From Octopus bimaculoides (lineage: Eukaryota): a DNA stretch of 34,429 nucleotides. The first letter of the stretch is position 1, and the number at the start of each line of letters is the position of its first letter. A model generated the notes under the pieces. The model worked only from the letters and a program-made list of their open reading frames with translations, made no database searches and had not been told where the DNA came from. A program made the translations under genes and the position numbers. The stretch covers positions 34,069,032-34,103,460 of the forward strand of contig NC_068992.1 in NCBI RefSeq assembly GCF_001194135.2, in the 5' to 3' direction. This document shows, piece after piece, positions 10,390 to 21,043 of the stretch.

Positions 10390-13300
10390 TTATTTTTTGA
10401 GCACCTTCCAGAGTATTTGAGCAGTTCCAAGCAGTGCTGCTTTCTGCAAGTGCTCCACCCCTATTGCAGCCCCTATTTGTTCCATGTACTTCTTGAGATT
10501 TTTGCTCACTGTTCCCAGGATTCTGATAATTATTGGTAATACTGCTACCTTTTTCATCGACCACAACGACTTAACTTCCCAAGCTAACCTGTCATATCCT
10601 TTGACTTTTCTTTCTTCCTTATCACATACCTTGTTGTCAGCTGGGCATGCTATATCTATGATCCAGCATAGTTTGCTTTCTTTCTCAATTAAGACTATGT
10701 CTGGCTTTCTATTCTCTGTCTTGGGGTTACACTGAATCATAAAATCCCTTAGGATCTTTGCATTTCTATTTTCGACAAAGCCTTCAGGTTTTTGGTCATA
10801 CCAATTTTTTGCTCTGTCAAGTCCATACTTGTTGCAAAGCGTCCAATGGACAAGCCTGGCTATATTGCCGTGGTGTCTCTTATATTCCTTCTGGGCTAGT
10901 GGCGTACATTGGCTGGTAATATGGCATATGGTTTCACCGTTTTGTCCACAGGTTCTGCACTTATCACTTTCTGCTGTGTTGTCTATTCTGCATTTTATGT
11001 AGTTTGTTCTTAGTGCTTGCTCTTGGGCAGCACAGATTAGAGCCTCCATTTCTGATTTTAAGTCACTTTTAGTCATCCACAGCCATATTTTTTCCCTGTC
11101 TGTTTTATCTTCAACATCCCTATGAAATTGACCATGCATTCTTTTCTTTACCCACCTATTTTCAGTTACATTCGTTTTCAATTTCTTGCATAGTGCTTTA
11201 TATTTACAATCTTTCATCCTACACAAGCCTTACCTTCCTACTTCTAATAATAGCTGTTCTGTGGCATTTTGTACATACCATGTTATGTTGTTTTCTGCTG
11301 CTCTAATGCAGTGTTCACATCCAATAAGTCCTCTTCCCCCTCTTTTTCTTGGTACATACAGTCTGTCTGTGTCACTTTTTGGGTGGAGTGACCCATATCT
11401 AGTTAGCAACTTCCTTGTCTTTCTGTCTAAGCTGTTCAGTTCATCTACTGTCCATGCAATTTACCCCTGCTCCATATCTAAGGAGTGAAACTGTCCAGGT
11501 GTTGATAGTTTGAATCTTATTCCGTCCATTTAATTTTGACTTAAGGATCAGTTTCAGTCTGCACAAGTACTTCACCTTAAATTTTTCTGTCATTTCTTTC
11601 TCCATCAATTTATCCATTTCTAAAATCCCCAAGTACTTATAGCCCGTCTCTTCTATCTGCATCATAACTTTCCCGAACAGTAACGTTAGCCCGTCCATAC
11701 ATCTGATTTTGCCTCTCTTCAAGACTAACACCACACTTTCTCAATCCAAACTCCATTCTGACATTAGCACTGAAGGTATACACCGTATCAATGAGGGAAC
11801 TGACTTGGGCTTCATCTTTACCATAAAGTTTGAGGTCATCCATGAATAACAAATTGTTGACTTTTTGTTGGCGGCGTTTGAATACATACCTAGCTCTTGC
11901 TTTCCTCAGAATTAGTGTTAGTGGTATCAAGCACAGTACAAAGACCAGTGGGGACAGGCAATCCCCCTGGAAAATGCCCCTCCTAATTTCTACTGTCCCT
12001 AAACTTCTTCCATATGCTGTCAGGTCCATCCTTCAATTCGCCATACTTTTCCTAAGCAATCGCTCAACATTCGATGCAATACCAAATAGGTTCAAACACT
12101 CCATAATCCAGGAATGTGGGATCATATTGTATGTCTTACAATAGTCAATCCATGACATGGCTAAGTTACTTTTCCTCATCTTGCAATCTCTAAGTACAGT
12201 TTTGTCTATCAGGAGTTGATCCTTGGTACCTCTGCACTTATACTTAAAACCCTTCTGCTCATGTGGCAGGACTCCATTTCTTTTCCAGATGTTTGTACAT
12301 TGACGCTGTGCATATTCCAGTCAATAACTTCCACATATGTGGCAAACAGGATATCGGCCTGTAATTGTCTACCGTATTGCCTTTTTTGATGTTTTTCAGG
12401 CACAGCTCTGTCCTACCCAATGTCAACCACTCTGGTGTTACTTGGTTGGCATTTAACAAGGTGTTAAGTTGTGCAGCTATTCATGCATGACATTCACCAA
12501 ATCTTTTGATCCAGTAGCCTTGAATTCCATCTGNNNNNNNNNNNNNNNNNNNNNNNNNNNNNNNNNNNNNNNNNNNNNNNNNNNNNNNNNNNNNNNNNNN
12601 NNNNNNNNNNNNNNNNNNNNNNNNNNNNNNNNNNNNNNNNNNNNNNNNNNNNNNNNNNNNNNNNNNNNNNNNNNNNNNNNNNNNNNNNNNCATATCTTAC
12701 CATCTTTGCTTTCTTTGCAATGAGGCACTGTTTCAGTTCCTCCATTACTACTTTCAGGCCCTTTCTTTCAATATTATACTTCTTTTTCAGTGCCCTGTAT
12801 TTTTGTTCAGTTTTAAGCTCCCCTTTCTCTTTTCAGTCTAACACAGAGATTTCCTTCAAGAGCATGTCTAACCCTGCCTGGATTCTTCTTTTCCACCATG
12901 GATCTTTTCTTTTGTTACTCCCATTATGTTTCTTTTTCTTGACATCAACACCCACGTTTTCTGCTACAATAATACTTGCTGCCTTGATCAAATTATTTGT
13001 TTTTGTGATGTTGTTTGATCTGATATATTACATAATTTCATTGACATTTTTCGCTTCTTCGTTCAATTTCCATTGACCAACCTTTTTAAGGTTGCAAATA
13101 ATGTCGCTATCATTCTCCTGTAGTCTTGCCTTTATTCTGTCGTAGATTGCCTTTTGTTCATCTGTCATGTCGCCATTAGTTTTATTGTCTTCTTTTAGAT
13201 CATCTATATGTCTCTCATCAAGTAAGCTGCCAATGCTCCTTTCCTGTGCTATGGGATTACTCTTATTAATAAAAACACTGTATTTTCATTGTTATCTCTG

Positions 13301-13500
13301 TTGCTATTTTCCATGGCTCATCTTTTGATAGCTTTGAGCTCTACTTCTGTGAACCAACAATTTTTTCTTATTGCTCTAGGTTGATCATATAGTCTCTGTT
13401 CTGTGAGTTGAAACAATCCCTTTTCTCTCCAATTTGAGCCCCTCTAATTTGAAAACCATTTTCATCTACTGGGCTGCTCAAGTAGTAACACTCCATGACC
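10390..13500 (-). pseudogene. Disrupted single ORF of R4/Dong element (RT, CCHC zinc knuckle, restriction-like endonuclease)
   Basis: The ORF is broken into pieces (10390-11226, 11441-11734, 11637-12029, 12259-12459) by frameshifts and in-frame stops such as KSMAN*RMD. An N-gap lies at 12534-12690. Confidence 0.92.
12534..12690. other. Assembly gap (others: 14088-14429, 15077-15396, 27430-27439, 27753-27774, 30957-31181, 33132-33260)
   Basis: Runs of N, mostly beside microsatellites or inside R4 elements. Confidence 1.
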
Positions 13501-13547
13501 ACAGTGGTAAGGGCGGTGGTTGGGTCTCATATTTCTGTGCTATCACA

Positions 13548-13660
13548 ATAGTAGTAGTTGTAGTATTATTGTAGTATTAGTAGTTTTTAGCATTAGCAGC
13601 TGCAGCATATTATTATATTTTTATTCTTATCATTATCACCATCACCACCACTACCATTGT
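13548..13660. repeat. Degenerate (TAG/TAT/CAC)n low-complexity tract at the R4 5' junction
   Basis: Directly visible. Confidence 0.75.
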
Positions 13661-13897
13661 TGGAGGAAATAGTTGGGTAGCAGTTTGGTGGATAGATCAT
13701 ATTCAACAGATTTATAAATAGTTTCGGCAGATGGTGGGGAGTTCAGCCAAAGAGACGAAAGAATCTTCGCACCATTTGGGTCAGCAGAGGTCAAATGTCT
13801 TTACTACTACCAGTGGCCACTGAGAGCGGTGCTTTGGAAAGAAGCAATTCAACCTGTTCTATTTGTAATTACTGGTAGAAAAAACAATAATAATATA

Positions 13898-13942
<45 letters not shown>

Positions 13943-14819
13943 ATACATATAATTTAGAGAAAAATAAACACAATTAAAGAATTCATCCATGAAAATCCAC
14001 AGTCATATATAGAAAAATTTAATAAGTAAATACACTAAAAAGACCTATAATAAAAATACAAAGCAATAAATATAAAAATAATAAAATNNNNNNNNNNNNN
14101 NNNNNNNNNNNNNNNNNNNNNNNNNNNNNNNNNNNNNNNNNNNNNNNNNNNNNNNNNNNNNNNNNNNNNNNNNNNNNNNNNNNNNNNNNNNNNNNNNNNN
14201 NNNNNNNNNNNNNNNNNNNNNNNNNNNNNNNNNNNNNNNNNNNNNNNNNNNNNNNNNNNNNNNNNNNNNNNNNNNNNNNNNNNNNNNNNNNNNNNNNNNN
14301 NNNNNNNNNNNNNNNNNNNNNNNNNNNNNNNNNNNNNNNNNNNNNNNNNNNNNNNNNNNNNNNNNNNNNNNNNNNNNNNNNNNNNNNNNNNNNNNNNNNN
14401 NNNNNNNNNNNNNNNNNNNNNNNNNNNNNTATGTACACACATACACACATATACTGATATTCACCATTGTGTTGTTGCAATAAAAGGTGTGTTTACGTAT
14501 TTGGGTAATATATTAAAGTTTTAAGTTTTCTTGAGATGTTCGTTTGTCTGTCCAGTTGGAGAATACAATAGTACTTTTGCAATGAAAAGGATGTTTACAT
14601 TTTCGAATACTCAGGGAGAGTCAAAAAGAAAAGAAAACAAGTTGTTGATAGTAAAGTTTTAAGACTTTTGTATGACCGCACAGAGAGAAATGGTAGTGTT
14701 CTTAGAATAAAAAGGAGGATGATGTTTACAATTTCGAATACTCAAGAAGAGAGGAAAGGATAACTATTCACACAGTAGTTGCAGATATTTTTTTTTACAG
14801 AAAGCTGATCGTTTGTTTA

Positions 14820-15505
14820 CTATTACTATTACTATTACTATTATTATTATTATGTTGTTATTTTTCTTCTTTCTTCAAATTTTCTTCCATTTCTCGCTGA
14901 GTGTTTTCTGTACACCTAGGGCAGAGAAACTCGTTGTATGCATTCCCAGTTTACACATGCAAATTCACAGGTAAAACATGTATTTAAAAAAAAAAAAAAA
15001 GAAAAAAATTCATGAATGGATGTTGTTTTCACAGCGATAATGCTCTTCTCAGTATATGAGTCGATCCAGTTAGCACNNNNNNNNNNNNNNNNNNNNNNNN
15101 NNNNNNNNNNNNNNNNNNNNNNNNNNNNNNNNNNNNNNNNNNNNNNNNNNNNNNNNNNNNNNNNNNNNNNNNNNNNNNNNNNNNNNNNNNNNNNNNNNNN
15201 NNNNNNNNNNNNNNNNNNNNNNNNNNNNNNNNNNNNNNNNNNNNNNNNNNNNNNNNNNNNNNNNNNNNNNNNNNNNNNNNNNNNNNNNNNNNNNNNNNNN
15301 NNNNNNNNNNNNNNNNNNNNNNNNNNNNNNNNNNNNNNNNNNNNNNNNNNNNNNNNNNNNNNNNNNNNNNNNNNNNNNNNNNNNNNNNNNNNNNNNTTTA
15401 GCCCTGAACTTCGTAACCACTGATGCGTGCATTTCTGGTCGACATCAGCTTGTTTGCTATGAGCCACATACTTGCCATGCAGAGGTTTCTGTTCCCATCT
15501 CCTAG
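14820..15505 (-). mobile_element. Second, 5'-truncated R4/Dong-type LINE spanning an assembly gap
   Basis: 15397-15505 encodes RRWEQKPLHGKY...DVDQKCTHQWLRSSGL, homologous to KRMHGQF...WLWMTKSDL of the first element. 15029-15076 encodes C-terminal VLTGSTHILRRALSL*. A 3' UTR and an (AAT/AGT)n tail at 14820-14860 follow. Confidence 0.82.
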
Positions 15506-15609
15506 CTATATTATTATTAGTGTTGCTGTTGTTATTTTTCTTGTTGTTATTCACTAATGCCATTTACATTTAGAATACATTAGAAGAATATACTAAATGT
15601 GCTCCAGTA

Positions 15610-15750
15610 CTTGACCAATTCTTCATTTTATTGACCATTAGTAGAATGAAAGGTAAAGTTTGCATTAGCAGGATTTAAACTCAGAATGAAAAAGTCATAA
15701 CTAAATCTTCCAAGCATTCTGTCTGATGCTGTAACAGTTCTGTCAATCCT
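15610..15750 (-). mobile_element. Degraded Nin-type SINE
   Basis: CATTTTATTGACC...GAATGAAAGGTAAAG...GGATTTAAACTCAGAA matches 32810-32870. Confidence 0.65.
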
Positions 15751-16439
15751 AAAAATAGTTTGTGAATTCAATTTATCAGAAGTGTTTGGACTCAGTTTAC
15801 TATAATAAAATGACCATCAATAAGAGTAATACATGTTTTTCATTTGCTCAAGTATGAAACCTTTTTGTTTTGTAATAAATTCTGATCAGTCTGATTGTTC
15901 ATGTTTATATGGCTTTCTTTTGCAATATTTCTGACAATAGCTGATTAGAAAACTAGACAAATGTTTTGTTGAAGATTTATATATTCATGTCATGTTATGC
16001 ATGCAGAGCTGTGCCCAAAGTAAGTCCTAAATCATCTTTGTGTCAGCAAATAAGAACAAAGACAAAATGAGTGCAAGGCAGCACACTAATCTAACTGCAC
16101 ATTGATGATTGATGAGAAGTTTTATAGTCTACGATATTTGGTAGCCTACAATATTAATAGGAAAATTTAGAAAATTAGAAAAATTTTCCCAGCCTGAACA
16201 ATTTATTCACTTCATAATGTAATGTTGGATATTAAGACATTGATGGTAAGCAGTGGCACATTCAGTAATTCAAACCAACAAAGGAGCCTCTGTCTGGTCA
16301 TTTGGCTTGTTAGTAAGAACAGCCAAATGTCCATCATCACACTATACCATCTTAGAAAACAACAAATGTTTTGGGACTACTTTCCTATGGCAGGAATTTG
16401 TTTTATAGTGCTCCTTAATAGATTTTCACTACATCTCCC

Positions 16440-17200
16440 CTCAACAATCCTTGCCTAAATTTCTTCTTGCCCATAACTTTGCCCATGTATTCCTCTACTT
16501 CTTTCCATATTCATTTCCACATTCCTCAACTTCCTTCCATACTAATTTCCATCATTCCTCTCACTCAGTCACTTTCAGCTTTCCTCAGCTTCCAATCCAG
16601 TTATTTCTTTCTAGCTCACACATCAAATCATTCGCATTTGCATTTTCTTTAACTTTCTCTGCTACTCTACATGCATCACCTCCTTCCTCTTATAAATCAT
16701 GAAATTTTCACATATTAAACATAAATCATTCCTTTTAGCTTCAGCAACACTACCATCCTCATTAACACATTACTTGGCACCTAGAACTTTTTACATGTAT
16801 GTTTCACCTTCTCTATTTAACACGTCTCTTAAGTAATAAAATTCCATCATCACACTCTCAACATTTCAGCTTAACGTCCCCTCCATCTGCAGCTTTCTTC
16901 ATATGCAGTTTAAATTTAATTGACACATGTGAAAATAGCCCACCTACATCTCAACATTTTCAATTGAACCTGCCTAGTGCATATTGTACACATAATGAAA
17001 TATATGCCATACCCTCCCTGGGCATTGCACATGGCAAAATCCCTGTTCTTTAAACCTCACCACATACTTCATACAACCTAGTACATTTTGTCACCATATA
17101 TTCCTTCCATTTGACGCTTTAAATCCATCCATATGCTTTGTTAACACAAGGCCATCTGCATATTGTAATCCCTGGGGTAAAACCCTCTCTTACATAACAA
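16440..17200 (-). mobile_element. Ancient, heavily decayed RTE-clade LINE RT fragment
   Basis: Minus-strand remnants LQYADGLVL (YADD motif, ~17140-17170), PCAM...IMCTIC (PHD remnant, 16965-17035) and EFYYLRDVLNREG (FCYLG motif, ~16815-16850). The purine-rich minus strand is typical of this ORF. Confidence 0.55.
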
Positions 17201-17994
17201 TACACTCTAGAAACTGTACATATTGTATACAGTAATACTCAGTGTATATCCCAATTTCAAACAAGTACCATAGCTGGCGATATACTTGACTATCTATAAG
17301 CAATACAATTGGTGAATTATATCAAAATTTCAGTTTCATTTCAGACCTGGGTAAATACATCAAGTAAGCATGTATAGACTGGTAATATTTATCAGTCTTT
17401 TGGCTGAAAGTTTGCAGTGTCATTCCATAAAAGATTTAAGAATAGTGACTTTGAATATTTTAGTTAAGGTAAATTCTTGGAGATGAGGTGCTCAGCTGAC
17501 TTGTACAACAAATTCAGGCTTACAGCTAGACTATGTGTCAACTATTTTGAGGTTGCCATATATACCAGGCTTACTTATGAACTAGATTATGTAATACTGA
17601 GGTAAAAGTTTTATAATCTTCAGCCTCCCATACTTTTATGATAGAGAAGTGAGTAAACAAGATAATTTCAATTGTGATTCTTGAAATAAAGCACTTCAGC
17701 TGCACTACTTTTGTAATAACTTTATGATTAATTATGATAGTGGAGAATAAAGAATGTTATCCACTTTCAAATATCAAGCATTTCCAGGAGAAATTCATAC
17801 ATTTATAGCAAAGAGCCTGATGTCATATTCCAGTAGAAAATATTTTAAATTAGTTATAATTATGTAAAAAATTTATGATAATGCATAGGAAAAGGGACAT
17901 AAAATATGATGAATACAAATATCTGTTAAGCCAGAAGGTGTTTACTATGATTTTATAGCTTTAAGTGAATGAGACATAATTTCCCACTGGTACT

Positions 17995-18125
17995 GAATTG
18001 GCATTGTTGTAGGACAAAATGTTTTGCTAAATTTGCTCTAGTTCTATGCATTCTAAAATCAAATCCTATGGAGGTCACCTTTGCCTGTTATCCTTTCCAG
18101 GTTGATGAAATAATGTACCAGTCCA
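17995..18125 (+). mobile_element. Degraded Nin-type SINE
   Basis: CATTCTAAAATCAAATCC..GGAGGTCACCTTTGCCTGTTATCCTTTCCAGGTTGATGAAATAATGTACCAGT resembles 128-197. Confidence 0.65.
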
Positions 18126-18968
18126 GGGCAGCAGATTAGTAAGATTGTTAGAGCATCAAATGAGAATATGTGATAGTTATTATGGCATTTCGCATTCTGA
18201 GTTTTTGGGTGGTAGACTTAATCTGTTGCTACTAAGTCATTGAGTACCTTCAGTGAAGTTCAGTCATTGGAAAGCTTTCAGGTTTATGCCTTCAGTTTTA
18301 GGATAATGACCATGCCTATTCCCATCCATCTCAGAAATTTCAAACAAATAAAAGACCAATAATGCTGCCACTTGCTCCCTGGGTAAATAGTAAAAGAAAA
18401 AGGTTAAGCTGGTACTTAAATTTCAGGTTACCTGACATTTAATTTCAACTGCTTCTGAACTCAGTCCATAGAAATAAGTTTAGTGCACAAATAATCAATA
18501 ATTAGTAATTTAGTTTCTCTTAGTTATGAGTTCAAACCATATCAGGCCACCTTCATATTTCATCTGTCTAGGGTCTTACACAGTAGATATCAATTTACAG
18601 TGGATCTCATTCAGTCATCTTCTGTGCAGTAATGGAAACTGCACATAGATGCAGCCTAATGGTAAAGCTAAAAATTAGAATAGAAGAACAACCGTATGCA
18701 TGAGAAAATCCAAGACCAACTGTTTTTATTTAGACAAGTTTTTGAAACAAATGGGATTAAATAAAACTGAAAGTATTTCACTGGCCCTTGATAAACAACT
18801 TGGGAAGATTGAAACTAAATCCTCTAAGGCAAATACCAGGAAATTATTCAGTTCATTGACTGATTGATAATATATCAATTTTAGTATCTCAGAATCTACC
18901 AAAGCTAGATAACTAACAAAACTTTGTTACTAAGAAAAATAAAAAATTACTTTTGATTTATATATATA

Positions 18969-19129
18969 GGTGCAGGAGTGGGTGTGTGGTAAGTAGCTTG
19001 CTTACCAACCACATGGTTCTGGGTTCAGTCCCACAGCGTGGCACCTTGGGCAGATGTCTTCTACTATAGCCTTGGGCCAACCAAAGCCTTGTGAGTGGAT
19101 TTGGCAGACGAAAAATGAAAGAAGCCTGT

Positions 19130-19164
<35 letters not shown>

Positions 19165-19915
19165 CCGAACGTGGGGTGTAACTGGTACACTTATGAATAC
19201 ACCTCATTCATCAGACAACGAACTTTGCTTGCAAAGACCTATTGAGGCAAGTGTAAACAAATCAAAATCGCTGATATGGCCGATGACAGTACCACCTGAT
19301 TGGCACTTGTGTCAGTGGAACGTTAAAAGCACATCTGAGCATGATCATTGCCAGTGTCGCCTTACTGGCACATGTGCCAGCGGCATGTGAAAAGCAACAT
19401 TTGAGTGTGGTTGTTGCCAGTGCTGCCAGGCTGACTCCTGTGCAGGTAGCACGTAAAAACACCTTTTGAGCGTGGTTGTTGCCAGAACCGCCTGACTGGC
19501 ACTCATGCCTGTGGCATGCAAAAGCACCCACTACAGTCTCAGAGTGGTTGGCATTAGGAAGGGCATCCAGCTGTAGAAACTTTGCCAGATCAGATTGAAC
19601 CTGATGCAGCATCTGGCTCACCAGTCCGCAGTCAAACTATCCAACCCATGCCAGCATGGATAGCGGACGTTAAATGATGCTGATGATAATGTATGTATGT
19701 ATATGTTTGTGTATCTATGTTTGTCCCCCAACATCACTTGACAACCAATGCTGGTGTGTTTACGTCCCCATAACTTAGCGGTTTGGCAAAAGAGATTGAT
19801 AGAATAAGGACTAGGCTTACAAAGAATAAATCCTGGGGTTGATTTGCTCAACTAAAGGTGGTGCTCCAGCATGGCCACTGTCAAATGACTGAAACAAATA
19901 AAAGAATAAAAGAAA
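18969..19915 (+). mobile_element. CORE-like tRNA SINE interrupted by an RTE 3' fragment
   Basis: 5' half at 18969-19130 with B-box-like GGGTTCAGTCCC, a microsatellite at 19131-19164, and the 3' half at 19697-19915 ending in an AAAGAATAAAAGAA tail. Confidence 0.92.
19165..19690 (+). mobile_element. RTE-clade LINE 3' UTR fragment with four 65-bp units
   Basis: Tandem units at 19268-19527, then the conserved GGCATTAGGAAGGGCATCCAGCTGTAGAAAC block, a CCATGCCAGCATGG hairpin at 19646-19659 and a GAT tail. Confidence 0.9.
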
Positions 19916-20086
19916 ATATACTTTTTGGAAAACTTATATTTTACCAAGTTATTAAGTTAATAGCTTTGCTCTAATAAATATGTCATATGTTAGGTAAAAT
20001 ATGAATTCTTTAATTATTCTTTTACACTGCTTCCTTTTGGTTAATATTGGATCAAAATATCCATTCCTATTATATAACAAAACTAA

Positions 20087-20094
20087 TGTATATA

Positions 20095-20133
<39 letters not shown>
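20087..20133. repeat. (TA)n microsatellite
   Basis: Directly visible. Confidence 0.98.
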
Positions 20134-20137
<4 letters not shown>

Positions 20138-20490
20138 GAGAATTCACGAAAAACAACAGATGAAGACAGGTGGTGTAAACAACAAATGGATGTATTAGTA
20201 TAACGCTCGGGAATAGAGAAAGTCTTTAATATTTCGAGCCTATACACTTCAGCAGAAGAGAACACAGAAAGAAACAAGGAGAGAAAATATATATATGTGT
20301 AGTGGTCAGCGATCTATCATGGCGAATGCCGGACAGAAGGATCATACAGGAGTTAAGAAGAAGGGAAGATAACAAAGAAGTAGTGATCCCAAAACGAAGG
20401 TGCATGTGTGTGAGAGAATTCTGGTGATCTTAACGTATGCATGTGTGTATGTAGGTGTGAAGGTGTGAAAATGCGGGGATGGGAATAAAT
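20134..20490 (-). mobile_element. Penelope-like element terminal (pLTR-like) fragment
   Basis: Minus strand reads CTGCTGAAGTGTATAGGCTCGAAATATTAAAG, matching the CTGAnGA...CGAAACG end motif typical of Penelope-like elements. It abuts a (TA)n tract. No RT or GIY-YIG coding sequence is seen. Confidence 0.6.
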
Positions 20491-20774
20491 ACATACATAC
20501 ATATATACATATTTATATATACAAACAAACTTTTATTTTGGGTCTTTTAGAAGAATCAAATGTGTATTGAATAATACAGATAAGAAAGTATCACCATGAA
20601 AACAAGAAAAATTTCCCGATGATTTGAAATATTACTTTCTTGTCTGTATATAATGGCAAGATGTACATTGAATGGATATCTTGTGCCTATGCTTTGATCT
20701 TACTCTCTTTCTAAAAAAAGTTCTACCAGATCAACTATTCATGAATAGCGATGTCTATCACTGGAACTGCAAAG

Positions 20775-20840
20775 GGACTGAACCTGAAAGTACGTGGTTG
20801 CAAACTGAGCTTTGTAACCACACAGCCATGTCTGCACCTA
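20775..20840 (-). mobile_element. SINE tRNA-like head fragment
   Basis: The reverse complement AGGTGCAGACATGGCTGTGTGGTT...CAGGTTCAGTCCC matches the head at 18969-19032. Confidence 0.7.
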
Positions 20841-21043
20841 TGTATGTGTTATATATGTTCTATCTGTTGTTTCAGAGTCTGTTTCTTCATGCTTTCCCTT
20901 CACGAGAGAACCTGTTTGCCCAAGTAAAGGAGGATATATTTCACTGTTTCTCATAACTGGAAGTTGTCAACAGACAACATCAATGTCAGTGATCTTTCAA
21001 TGAAATGTGAACACACACATGCACACATTTATATTATATATAT

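Larger units (their letters stand above)
10303..13545 (-). mobile_element. Near-full-length R4/Dong-clade non-LTR retrotransposon (RLE-type), inactive
   Basis: N-terminal VMECYYLSSP...[32 protein letters not shown] (13321-13500). RT motifs [19 protein letters not shown]...[25 protein letters not shown] (11961-11978), FMDD (11835-11846) and YKYLGI. CCHC CRTC-x8-H-x4-C (10906-10959). RLE KPDIV...IIDIACPAD...K. Stop at 10390, a short 3' UTR and an (AAT)6 tail at 10303-10321. Confidence 0.93.

Noticed and set aside
14019-15563. Long ORFs over N-gaps (also 12469-12745, 30886-31275 and 33056-33337)
   Set aside because: They stay open only because N codons translate as X. Only the R4-derived flanks are meaningful.
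19268-19527. Regularly spaced palindromic repeats resembling a CRISPR array
   Set aside because: The whole 65-bp unit is repeated with no unique spacers, there are no cas genes, the context is eukaryotic, and the same units recur in RTE 3' UTRs elsewhere in the window.
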